From assembly GCA_965248255.1 (NCBI GenBank), contig CBDFIW010000003.1, positions 993,239 through 1,057,238 of the forward strand: DNA of 64,000 bases, given 5' to 3'. Of this stretch, positions 55,792 through 64,000 are shown piece by piece. The notes beneath the pieces were generated by a model, which saw only the letters and a program-made list of their open reading frames with translations, was not told the DNA's origin and searched no databases. How positions within the stretch are numbered: position 1 is the first letter of the stretch; every line of letters starts with the position of its first letter. Both the position numbers and the translations under genes were made by a program. The stretch comes from Bryobacterales bacterium (GTDB lineage: Bacteria > Acidobacteriota > Terriglobia > Bryobacterales > UBA6623).

Positions 55792-56160
55792 ATGGACGAA
55801 GCCGTAAAGCGCGTCGAGGCCATCCTGAGCACGGTCGCAGCCAAGTGGAAGCCGGCCATCCTCTATTGCTTGGTCACAAAGGGGACGTTGCGCTTTGGCG
55901 AGCTGCGGGCGCTGATTCCCGAGGTGTCGCAACGGATGCTCACCCAGCAGCTTCGCGACCTCGAACGAAACGGGCTGGTCAGGCGAAAGTTCTACGAGCA
56001 GATCCCCCCGCGGGTCGAGTATTCCGTGACCGAACTCGGCTTGAGCTTGGACCCGATCTTCAAGTCGCTCTGCGGCTGGGCGACCGAGCACTACAGCCAA
56101 GTGAGCGCCGCCCAGCGCCGCTATGACCGGGTGCACTCTGAGAGCCGCCCGAGTGGCTAA
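55792..56160 (+). CDS. HxlR-family transcriptional regulator
   Basis: KWKPAILYCLVTKGTLRFGELRALIPEVSQRMLTQQLRDLERNGLVRRKFYEQIPPRVEYSVTELG. Confidence 0.9.
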   Translation: MDEAVKRVEAILSTVAAKWKPAILYCLVTKGTLRFGELRALIPEVSQRMLTQQLRDLERNGLVRRKFYEQIPPRVEYSVTELGLSLDPIFKSLCGWATEHYSQVSAAQRRYDRVHSESRPSG

Positions 56161-56270
56161 TCACCGGTACGCGGACGTGCGGAACGAAGACAGGGCAAAC
56201 GGCTGACGGGTTCAGCGGATGACGAATCGCGAAACACGGAACACAGGAGGGTGGACACGGCGGTCCACTC

Positions 56271-57113
56271 CTACAGCTTGTCGAGGCCCTCGGTCAGCTC
56301 GATGTAGGTACCCCAGGGGTCGGTGAGGAAGGCGAGGTTGAGGCCCAGGTTAGGGTGCTCTTCGTAGGAGCGGTCGAACTTCACACCCTGCGCTTCGAGG
56401 TTCTGGCAGAAGGCCTTGAGGTTCTTGATCTCGAAGCCGATGTGGTCGAGGACGCGGCCCTGGATGGGCTCGGTCGGCTCGGGGTTGGGCGAGTAGGTGA
56501 GATTGATGCCCGGCAGGTCGGCGGCCTGGAACGGTCCGCGCTGACCTGGGATCGCGCCGAACGTCTTCACGTACCATGCCTTCATCTCGTCGACTTGGTG
56601 GGAGAAGAAGTGAATGTGATGGTTCGCCAGCGGGGTCTTCAAGGAGCGGTTCTCGAACATCTCGATCTTCAGATTGTCGGGGGCCATGATGAACGCCAAG
56701 TAGACCCGTTGCGACGGACTGAAGAAGAGGTCGCCCTTGGCGCGGTTGCGGCTGATCTCGGTGCGGGTGACGACGGGCACGCCGGCGTCTCGCAGCTTCG
56801 ACACCATGGCCGGCACGTCGGGGAACTGGATGCCGATGTGGTTGACCGAGCTGCCTTTGCTGCCGTGGGTGGGTTTCTTCTCGCGAAGGGCAATCACGGC
56901 GTTGGGAAACTTGACGAACTCGATGGGCCCGAGCTTGCCCGGCGTGCCGCCCAACAAGTCGACCCAGAAGCGCCGATGCGCGTCGATGTCGCTGACGTTG
57001 AGGTGGTGATGGCCGATGGCGATGGGAGCATCCTTGGCGGCGATGAGCTGCGCGTTGGCGGTAAACGGCAAAGTGAGGGCGAGCAGCAGGGTGAGTAGAT
57101 AGATGAATCTCAT
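56271..57113 (-). CDS. secreted two-module VOC (glyoxalase/dioxygenase) family protein
   Basis: Signal peptide MRFIYLLTLLLALTLPFTANA, then HHHLNVSDIDAHRRFWVDLLGG and a second module HIHFFSHQVDEMKAWY. Confidence 0.75.
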   Translation of the reverse strand: MRFIYLLTLLLALTLPFTANAQLIAAKDAPIAIGHHHLNVSDIDAHRRFWVDLLGGTPGKLGPIEFVKFPNAVIALREKKPTHGSKGSSVNHIGIQFPDVPAMVSKLRDAGVPVVTRTEISRNRAKGDLFFSPSQRVYLAFIMAPDNLKIEMFENRSLKTPLANHHIHFFSHQVDEMKAWYVKTFGAIPGQRGPFQAADLPGINLTYSPNPEPTEPIQGRVLDHIGFEIKNLKAFCQNLEAQGVKFDRSYEEHPNLGLNLAFLTDPWGTYIELTEGLDKL

Positions 57114-57294
57114 GAGGGTTTCCCTTCCCGGTATCAAGCTCACGCGGCCCGCGATCAATGGGGTGAACGCGTGGATTTTACAACGGATGGAGGGTGCCGA
57201 CCCGAGACTCGCCGAGCCGGCGCCATGTGATCAGCCCGCTTACCGCCATCAAGCCCGAACGGCAACGCGCGACCTTCGAGGGCCGCCCCAACCC

Positions 57295-57600
57295 CTACCC
57301 GTACTTGTTCACCGCGGCCTCGATGGCCGGTCCGGCTTTCGCGAGGTCTTCCGGGACCATCGCGGGCGTCGCTTCGACGTCGGCGTTGAAAGCAAGGAAC
57401 CACGGTTCGGCGATGGCCGGCAGATCGGAAGGCTCGTCCATATTGAGGATGGGGATGATCGTCCGTTTGCCGTTTTCGGCAATGCAGTAGACAGCTTCGG
57501 GCTTCTGTTCGTCAAGAATCGATTGAAGGTGCTGAAAGCCGCCTTTCGCAGCGGCGTTGCCGGCTTCGACCGGCATCGTAACCTTGACCATGAAACGCAT
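57295..57600 (-). CDS. small conserved protein of unknown function (DUF3303-like)
   Basis: MRFMVKVTMPVEAGNAAAK...IAEPWFLAFNADVE. The family assignment is from memory only. Confidence 0.5.
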   Translation of the reverse strand: MRFMVKVTMPVEAGNAAAKGGFQHLQSILDEQKPEAVYCIAENGKRTIIPILNMDEPSDLPAIAEPWFLAFNADVEATPAMVPEDLAKAGPAIEAAVNKYG

Positions 57601-57740
57601 GTGTTGACCTCCGGGCTCTGGGAAGAGCGTTCTTGAAGTGTTGCGAATGATACTACGCTTCTGGCGGTGTCGGCAACCCGGGTGTTGGCAACCGGCGTTG
57701 GCAACGTAGGTTGCCGCGTGCTGCGCCTAACGGGACCGTT

Positions 57741-58688
57741 CTATTTCTGCACCAGCCTCACGAACAGAAACTTCCGCCCGTCCGCCGTGACATCATACTT
57801 GTGAAGCCAAGGCGCCTCGTCTTGAAAATTACCCCGCATGCTGGAGTAGTGGAACAACTTCTTCGCCTCGCCGAAGGTGAATTCGCCGTCGGTCTCGACG
57901 GGCAGGTAGGCCAGCGTATCCTGACCCATGATGTAGTACAGTTCCTTGCCGTCCCCGCGCCAGCGTGGCTGACCGCCGCCGCCCACCCAACCGGACCGCA
58001 GCTCTGTCGAGACCTTCCACTTCGTCGACGGGTCGGCCGTCTCGCAGACGTAGACCTCCCACGTCCCGCCTTCGTTCGATGAATAGGCGAAGTATTCACC
58101 GTTGGGTGAGAACTTGCCGCCGTCGGCCCAGACGCCCGGCCGCTTTGGGATGAAGGGCTCGGGCGTGGCACCGGCGCGATCGAGCGCGAGCTTCCATAGG
58201 GTCCGTCCGTCGTCCTCGCGCTTAGTGTAAATGAGCGTCTTGCCGTCGGGCGAGACATCACGGGGGTACTCGGATGTGCCCTCGGCCTTGAGTATACGCA
58301 CCGGCGACTCCAACGGATCGATGCTGACCCGGAATAGGTCGTAGCGCGGCACCCGGCTGCTGGTGAAGACGATACTGCGGCCGTCAGGCGTCCACAGCGG
58401 GAAGTTGTCGTTGCCTTTGACCTTGGTGATACGGCGCTTGGTCCCCGCAGCGATATTGTGAATCCAGACGTCGCGATCGTTAACCTCGCCGTTGCGCGAG
58501 GAGAGGGCGATGAATTTGCCGTCGGGCGAAATCTCAGGGAAGAAGATCGAGTTCTGGACCGCCCCGACGGTCCCCAGCACATCGCCCGAGCGATCGAGCC
58601 ACGCCATCTGTTGAGGCATGTCCCTGGGCCCGGGCTGCTGGGCGGAGGCGATGAGTGCCAGCGAAACGGCAAGGATAGCGACGCGCAT
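57741..58688 (-). CDS. PD40/WD40-like beta-propeller repeat protein (TolB-like), secreted
   Basis: Repeated SPDGK/TPDGR/SPNGE motifs with a signal peptide MRVAILAVSLALIASAQ. Confidence 0.8.
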   Translation of the reverse strand: MRVAILAVSLALIASAQQPGPRDMPQQMAWLDRSGDVLGTVGAVQNSIFFPEISPDGKFIALSSRNGEVNDRDVWIHNIAAGTKRRITKVKGNDNFPLWTPDGRSIVFTSSRVPRYDLFRVSIDPLESPVRILKAEGTSEYPRDVSPDGKTLIYTKREDDGRTLWKLALDRAGATPEPFIPKRPGVWADGGKFSPNGEYFAYSSNEGGTWEVYVCETADPSTKWKVSTELRSGWVGGGGQPRWRGDGKELYYIMGQDTLAYLPVETDGEFTFGEAKKLFHYSSMRGNFQDEAPWLHKYDVTADGRKFLFVRLVQK

Positions 58689-58769
58689 GAGGGTATGGTA
58701 AGGGATTTAGGTGCGTGGGTGCCCGGGCTTGGCGCCTTGAGCACCTTGGTATGATCCCGTCAAGAGTGT

Positions 58770-59042
58770 ATGAGTGACAGGGGCCTTGGGAGCCGCGACA
58801 TAGCAAGTCTGGACATCAACAAGGAGATCGACCTGGAACTCGACCGCGTGGCGGCCGACGACAAACGGAGCGTGCTGGAGTTTGCCCGAGCCCTGAACTG
58901 CCCGGGCGGCAAGGGCGAGTCCGGTAAGCGCTTACTCCGGTATGCCGGCATGCTCGACCCCGAGAGCGCGCGTGTGATGGCCGAAACGATCGAAGCAGGT
59001 TGCGAACGCATCGACCCGAAGTCTGAAAACCAGGTCTGGTAG
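58770..59042 (+). CDS. hypothetical small protein (antitoxin-like?)
   Basis: A 90-aa ORF with no confident family and no partner toxin gene nearby. Confidence 0.35.
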   Translation: MSDRGLGSRDIASLDINKEIDLELDRVAADDKRSVLEFARALNCPGGKGESGKRLLRYAGMLDPESARVMAETIEAGCERIDPKSENQVW

Positions 59043-59074
59043 CCGTCCAGCCTTTTGGCACGGCGTCTCGCGGC

Positions 59075-60373
59075 TCACGCTAGCGCGTTCAAGAACCGAT
59101 CAAGATCCGCGTCATTGTTGTAGATCGAGGGGCCGATGCGCACACCTTTGATGAGGTGCGTCTCACCCGAGGGGTGCGTGAACTCCCAGCGCTTCAGTGC
59201 CACCACAAAGTAGCCGAAGGCCTTGTCGAGCTTGGCGCGGGTCTCATCCTGGTTGGGCGTGAGGAAGCTGACCACCGGTGTTGGGTTGCCAGGGGGCGTA
59301 ATCGCCGGGTAGCCGAGCTTGGGCATCTCTCGCTGCAAGCGGTCGACGTGCCGCTTGTTGTGAGCGAAGATGTTGGCGAGGCCGACCTGGTGGATGTACT
59401 TCAACGCGGCGTGGGCGATCATTCCCTGCACCCAAGGCAGCGTACTGCTGCTTTCGTAGATCACGGCACCCGGCCTCAGGTCGAACTTTGAATCGGCCTG
59501 CGCGCGGTTGGGGTTCGAGAACTGGCGCGTCCCGTAGCGCGTACGCTTAACGACCGTGCCCTGCAGGTCGTCCTTGACGTAGAGGAAGCCGAAGCCCATG
59601 TCGCCTTGCAGCCACTTGTAAGTGCCCGCCGCGGCGAAGTCGATGCCCAGCGCTTTGACGTCGATGGGGATGGCGCCGGCGCCCTGGATGATGTCGGCAT
59701 AGACATAGGCGCCGTGGGCGTGGGCGGCGTCGCTGGTGGCCTTGGCGTCGTGCAGGAAGCCGTTGATGTTCGAGACCAGCGCCATCGAGACCAGCAGAGT
59801 GTTGTCGTCGATGGCGGCGACCATGTCTTTGGGATCGGTGCGCCAGTAGCCGTCCTTGTGGCTGCGTACGACGCGTAGCTCGATGTCCCCCTCGCGCTCG
59901 AGCATGTGATAGATGAACTTCGACGCTTGATAGTGCAGGTCGTCGAGGACGATGTTGCCCTTCTTGCGGACGAGGTCCATGCCGGCGACGACGATGTTCT
60001 CGCCCTCGGTGGTGTTGTGAATGAAGGCGATCTCTTCGGGCTTGGCGTTGATGAGCCGACCGAACATCTCTTTCGTCTCGCGCTGCATCTCGCCCGAGAA
60101 GCGCGAGCCGCCGCCGTTGGGCCCACCGACGCGCCACTTGTAATAGGTGTCGACCATCTGTTGCGAGTAGACGCTGAGCGGGTGGAAGTCGCAGCCGCTA
60201 ATCCAGAGCGAGTTGTGTATCCAGGGGAAGTCGTTGCGGACGGCGTCCCAGTCGACCTTGCCGTTCTTGATGACGGGACCTGCATCGGCGGCGGCGGCCG
60301 GTGAAGCGGATGAGGCCGCGAGCGCCGTGGCGGACGCGGCGGAACTGAGAAACTGTCGGCGATTGCGTTTCAT
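59075..60373 (-). CDS. class V PLP-dependent aminotransferase/desulfurase-like enzyme with Tat signal
   Basis: MKRNRRQFLSSAASATALAASSASPAAAA leader, then an aminotransferase class V pattern (..AAGTYKWLQG..). Confidence 0.75.
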   Translation of the reverse strand: MKRNRRQFLSSAASATALAASSASPAAAADAGPVIKNGKVDWDAVRNDFPWIHNSLWISGCDFHPLSVYSQQMVDTYYKWRVGGPNGGGSRFSGEMQRETKEMFGRLINAKPEEIAFIHNTTEGENIVVAGMDLVRKKGNIVLDDLHYQASKFIYHMLEREGDIELRVVRSHKDGYWRTDPKDMVAAIDDNTLLVSMALVSNINGFLHDAKATSDAAHAHGAYVYADIIQGAGAIPIDVKALGIDFAAAGTYKWLQGDMGFGFLYVKDDLQGTVVKRTRYGTRQFSNPNRAQADSKFDLRPGAVIYESSSTLPWVQGMIAHAALKYIHQVGLANIFAHNKRHVDRLQREMPKLGYPAITPPGNPTPVVSFLTPNQDETRAKLDKAFGYFVVALKRWEFTHPSGETHLIKGVRIGPSIYNNDADLDRFLNALA

Positions 60374-60522
60374 GGCGTTCTCTCGAAGACGTGCCCGATC
60401 GTCTGGACTATCGCTCGGACGGCCTCAGCGTACCACGCCTCGTGGTGGTCCTCCGAGAGTTCCGCACAGGGCCTCCCATAGAGCCGACCGATCAGATATC
60501 CTCTCCTTGGGGAGAAGAATCG

Positions 60523-60960
60523 ATGGCCGAACACGCGAAGGACACTACTGCCACCGTCATTCCGGGGATGCGCTATCGGGATGCGCCTGCCGCCATCGAG
60601 TGGCCATGCCGTGCCTTCGGTTTCGAAAAGGGTCTGGTTGTACCCGGTCCCGACGGGACCATTGCCCACGCACAATTGACCTTTGGCAACGGTATGGTCA
60701 TGCTCGGCTCGGCGCTCGATGATAAGTACGGGCAACTGATAAAGGTGGCGGGCGAGTCCGGCGGAACCGTTACGCAGAGCGCGTACGTTGTCGTCGACGA
60801 TGCCGACGCGCACTACGCCGCGGCTGCTGGCGCCGGCGCGGAGATCGTCATCGATATCCACGACGAGGACTACGGCGGGCGCGGCTATTCGGTCAGCGAC
60901 CCGGAGGGCCATCTGTGGTATTTCGGGACCTACGACCCGTGGGCGGAACATCAATCTTGA
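60523..60960 (+). CDS. VOC family protein (glyoxalase/PhnB-like)
   Basis: IPGMRYRDAPAAIEWPCRAFGFEK...AHAQLTFGNGMVMLGS...YGGRGYSVSDPEGHLWYFGTYDPW. The ATG at 60523 is preferred over 60391. Confidence 0.8.
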   Translation: MAEHAKDTTATVIPGMRYRDAPAAIEWPCRAFGFEKGLVVPGPDGTIAHAQLTFGNGMVMLGSALDDKYGQLIKVAGESGGTVTQSAYVVVDDADAHYAAAAGAGAEIVIDIHDEDYGGRGYSVSDPEGHLWYFGTYDPWAEHQS

Positions 60961-61115
60961 GCCGGCGGTGCCCGGCACGCGGATGGCTGCCAGGATCTCC
61001 CGCGACGCGTCGGGCGGCGCCAGGCATGTCTCGCCCTGCCAGAGCCTCGACCGACTTGCCAAGTCTACACACGGTTGAAACCGTGGGCTGTCATCTCTTG
61101 CCCCTCCGGAGCGAA

Positions 61116-63782
61116 ATGTGCAAACGACTCCTTTCACTCCTTCCCTTACGAGTGGCCGTAGGCTTCATCTTGCTAGCCGGGGCACTCCACGCCCAACGCC
61201 CGACCTCGAATCAACTTGCCTCGTTGCCCGCGCCCGTAAAGAAGGTCATCGAGTTCTCAACTGACGTCCGCCCGATTCTTGAGCAAAAATGCCACGGCTG
61301 CCACGGGCCCGCTGTGCAGCAAAGCGGCTTGCGGCTCGACAACCGCGCCGACGCGCTCAAGGGCGGATACTCGGGCGCTGTCATCAAGCCGGGCGACAGC
61401 GCCGCGAGCCGTTTGATTCACCTTGTGGCCGGGTTCGAGCCGGAACGGCGCATGCCCATGGGCGGCGACACGCTGAGTGGGCTCGAAATCAGCTTCCTGC
61501 GGGCTTGGATAGAGCAAGGGGCCCAATGGGGCCAAGTCGCCCAGGTGGATGCGGGACCGAGCCGGGCCGCCGTTGCCAAACCGGACTCCGAGGAGAAGAC
61601 GAAGCACTGGTCGTTCGTACCGCCGAAGCGGCCGCCGATTCCCGCGGTTCGCAAACAAGACTGGGTGCGCAACCCAATCGACTCGTTCATCCTGGCGAGG
61701 TTGGAAGCCGAGGGTATCGAGCCGTCAGCCGAGGCGGATCGGGCGACGCTGTTGCGGCGGCTGAGCTTCGATCTGATCGGCCTGCCGCCGACGCCCGCGG
61801 AGGTCGAGGCGTTCCTTGCCGACACAAGTCCCGAGGCCTACAAGCGGTTGGTCGATCGGCTGATCGGCTCCGAGCACTACGGGGAGAAATGGGCGCGGCA
61901 GTGGCTCGACCTGGCGCGCTACGCCGACAGCGACGGTTACGAAACCGACCAGCTTCGTCCCTGGGCGTGGCGCTGGCGGCACTGGGTCGTGGAAGCACTG
62001 AACCGCGACATGCCGTTCGACGAGTTTACGATCCAGCAGCTCGCAGGTGATCTGTTGCCCGAGGCGAAGGTGGGCCAAAAGGTAGCCACGGGCTACCACC
62101 GCAACACGGTGAGCAACCGCGAAGGCGGCGCCGACCTCGAAGAGTTCCGCGTTGACCAGATCGTCGATCGCGCGGCCAACACCGGTGTGGTGTGGCTCGG
62201 GCTCACGGTGGGCTGCGCGCGGTGCCACGACCATAAGTACGACCCCGTCAGCCAGCAAGAGTTCTATCAGCTCTACGCTTTCTTCAACGGTACGGACGAG
62301 GTCAACGTCGACGCGCCGCTGGCGGGCGAGATTGGTCCGTACCTGGCGTCGCGGCGGGAATACGAGGCCAAGCGCGACGAACTGTTGGCGCCGGTGCGGG
62401 CGGATCTGAAACGGTTGCAGGCTCAGTGGGAGCCCAAGCTGCTCGAAGCCGATGCCAACCCGGGGCAAACCCATGTCTGGGACCGCGCTTGGGAAGTGCT
62501 GGGACTGATCTGGGGTGGCAACTGGGGCGAGGGACAGCTCGAAGGCCAACGAATCGTCAAGATCGAGCCGGCCAAGCGCACCAAGGATCAGAACGACCGG
62601 CTGCTTGATTACTTTCTCCAGCGTGGGAGCAAGATCAGTCCCGAGTGCTTCGAGGAGTGGGGAATCAAGGAGCTGCGAGCGAAGATCGAGGAGCTGAAGA
62701 AGCAGTATCCCAAGCTCACGCGGGCCCAGATTCTCGTCGAGAGCCCTGAGCCGCGTCCCTCGCATATCCACGTGCGCGGTGACTTCAGGAGTCCGGGCAT
62801 TGCAGTCACGCCGGACGTCCCGGCTGTGCTGCCGCCATTGCCGCAAGGTGCGGGGCGTGACCGGCTGGCGTTGGCACATTGGCTGTTGGCGGCGGAGAAC
62901 CCGCTGACGGCTAGGGTCGTCGTCAACCGTATGTGGCAAGAGTTCTTCGGACGCGGGCTGGTGGCCACCTCGGACGATTTCGGCAAGCAGGGAGAGAAGC
63001 CGACCCACCCTAAGTTGCTCGACTGGCTGGCGCTGGAATTCATCTCGCAGGGCTGGAGCATGAAACAGATGCACAAGCGGATCGTGATGTCGGCGGCGTA
63101 TCGCCAGTCGTCGCAAAAGCGTCCCGAGCTGGCGTCACGCGACCCGGACAATCGTCTGCTGGCGCGGCAATTTCGCGTGCGGCTCTCGGCCGAGTTGGTG
63201 CGCGACGCGGCCTTGGCCGTCAGCGGCCTGCTCGATACGAGGGTTGGCGGGCCCAGTGTCTATCCGCCACAGCCCAAGGAGGCGGCGTCTTATGGGTACT
63301 CCACGCCCTGGGAGGAGAGCCCCGGCGGCGACCGTTACCGGCGAGGCCTCTATACGTGGATCCAGCGCACATCACCTTATGCGCAGTCGGTGACGTTCGA
63401 CCTGCCCGACCCGAACCAAGGGTGCACGCGGCGTGAACGGTCGAACACACCACTGCAGGCGCTGACGTTGTTGAACGACCCTGTGTTCTTCGAGGCGGCC
63501 CAGGCGTTGGCGGTTCGGGTTGTGACCGAGGAGACGGGAGGCGTCGAGGAGCGCATCGCGCACGGTTTCCGGTTGTGCTTGGCGCGTGGTCCGTCGGAAG
63601 AGGAGCAGGGAAGACTCGGGCAGTACTATCGGCGGCAGGTGGCGATTCTCGAGCGGGAACCGGCGCGGGTCGAGGAGATGATGCCGTTCCCGTTGGAGGG
63701 AGTAAACCCCGTCAAGGGGGCGGCTTGGGTGGGGCTGAGTAGTGTGTTGTTGAATCTAGACGAATTCATCACGAGGGAATGA
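61116..63782 (+). CDS. PSCyt (planctomycete cytochrome c) + DUF1549 + DUF1553 protein
   Basis: Signal peptide, CHGCHG...GLRLD, ...WSF.PPKRP.IP..., ...RCHDHKYDP..Q.EFY and a DUF1553 tail. A DUF1501 gene follows, which is the classic pair. Confidence 0.9.
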   Translation: MCKRLLSLLPLRVAVGFILLAGALHAQRPTSNQLASLPAPVKKVIEFSTDVRPILEQKCHGCHGPAVQQSGLRLDNRADALKGGYSGAVIKPGDSAASRLIHLVAGFEPERRMPMGGDTLSGLEISFLRAWIEQGAQWGQVAQVDAGPSRAAVAKPDSEEKTKHWSFVPPKRPPIPAVRKQDWVRNPIDSFILARLEAEGIEPSAEADRATLLRRLSFDLIGLPPTPAEVEAFLADTSPEAYKRLVDRLIGSEHYGEKWARQWLDLARYADSDGYETDQLRPWAWRWRHWVVEALNRDMPFDEFTIQQLAGDLLPEAKVGQKVATGYHRNTVSNREGGADLEEFRVDQIVDRAANTGVVWLGLTVGCARCHDHKYDPVSQQEFYQLYAFFNGTDEVNVDAPLAGEIGPYLASRREYEAKRDELLAPVRADLKRLQAQWEPKLLEADANPGQTHVWDRAWEVLGLIWGGNWGEGQLEGQRIVKIEPAKRTKDQNDRLLDYFLQRGSKISPECFEEWGIKELRAKIEELKKQYPKLTRAQILVESPEPRPSHIHVRGDFRSPGIAVTPDVPAVLPPLPQGAGRDRLALAHWLLAAENPLTARVVVNRMWQEFFGRGLVATSDDFGKQGEKPTHPKLLDWLALEFISQGWSMKQMHKRIVMSAAYRQSSQKRPELASRDPDNRLLARQFRVRLSAELVRDAALAVSGLLDTRVGGPSVYPPQPKEAASYGYSTPWEESPGGDRYRRGLYTWIQRTSPYAQSVTFDLPDPNQGCTRRERSNTPLQALTLLNDPVFFEAAQALAVRVVTEETGGVEERIAHGFRLCLARGPSEEEQGRLGQYYRRQVAILEREPARVEEMMPFPLEGVNPVKGAAWVGLSSVLLNLDEFITRE

Positions 63783-63852
63783 TCTATTCTGGGGACGTGA
63801 AAGGCGTTTCTTGCAAAGACGCTAAGGACCGCCAAGGAAGCAAAGAGTTTCG

Positions 63853-64000
63853 ATGACGGTTGGGGAATTGGCCGGTGTTCAGTCAAGACGGGGGTTCCTG
63901 GAGCGGTGTGCTTCGGGGATGGGCATGGCTGCGCTTTGGCGATTGATGGCCGAAGAGGGACGGGCCGCGACCGGTCCGGCGCTCGGCCCGCACTTCGCGC
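63853..64000 (+). CDS. DUF1501 domain-containing protein, N-terminal part (3' end outside the window)
   Basis: MTVGELAGVQSRRGFLERCASGMGMAALW... Tat leader, followed by ...GPHFA. Confidence 0.75.
   Translation, partial: MTVGELAGVQSRRGFLERCASGMGMAALWRLMAEEGRAATGPALGPHFA

Noticed and set aside
57758-58744. 328-aa ORF on the minus strand.
   Set aside because: It lies on the same strand as the PD40-repeat gene 57741..58688 but out of frame with it. The PD40 frame has clear repeat motifs and a signal peptide, whereas this frame is S/R/P-rich.
59476-60285. Alternative-frame ORFs (59476..60285 and 59547..60137, minus strand) inside the class V aminotransferase gene.
   Set aside because: Both lie on the same strand as the well-supported 59075..60373 frame but out of frame with it. 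Their translations are R/S/T/P-rich nonsense.
61725-63116. 463-aa ORF on the minus strand.
   Set aside because: It is antisense to the PSCyt/DUF1549/DUF1553 gene and contains no motifs. This is a GC-rich antisense artefact.

Overview
This is a visibly GC-rich bacterial chromosomal segment. The gene content includes an ADOP-type duplicated FtsX permease next to a PadR-like gene, a PSCyt/DUF1549/DUF1553 protein followed by DUF1501, a CHRD protein and many Tat-signal enzymes. This suggests Acidobacteriota (Solibacter/Bryobacter-like) or, less likely, Planctomycetota; that placement is inferred from protein families only.

Bases 1-2215 are a housekeeping block (nadC-birA-coaX). The rest holds ordinary metabolic, transport and two-component genes that insertion sequences have heavily reworked:
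- one IS5 (IS427-like) element;
- three copies of an ISNCY/IS1202-like element: A intact, B with a nonsense codon, C mosaic and frameshifted;
- one IS110/IS1111-like element with a tandemly duplicated 3' end;
- a 5'-truncated IS630 remnant;
- an IS3-family element.

Several host genes are pseudogenes: a multi-lesion cytochrome c protein, a split lipoprotein methyltransferase, an ADOP permease, a GNAT, a truncated enolase-superfamily paralog, and a DUF433/DUF5615 cassette.

The most interesting observations are:
1. The IS110-like element has a 394-nt 3' non-coding end containing short copies of its own insertion site, which makes it a candidate bridge/seek guide RNA.
2. An exact 645-bp tandem duplication has its breakpoint at the IS right end, joined to an internal site that resembles the native target flank.
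3. An inversion of about 19.8 kb between ISNCY copies B and C can be inferred from cross-matching flank duplications (16/17 and 6/7 nt). It splits one methyltransferase gene.
4. ISNCY copy C is mosaic, which conflicts with a simple one-step inversion.

I recognised no rRNA, tRNA, CRISPR array, prophage or known defence system by eye. I found no convincing novel multi-gene system. The novelty I can support lies in the mobile-element biology and in a few small repeat or RNA-like structures.
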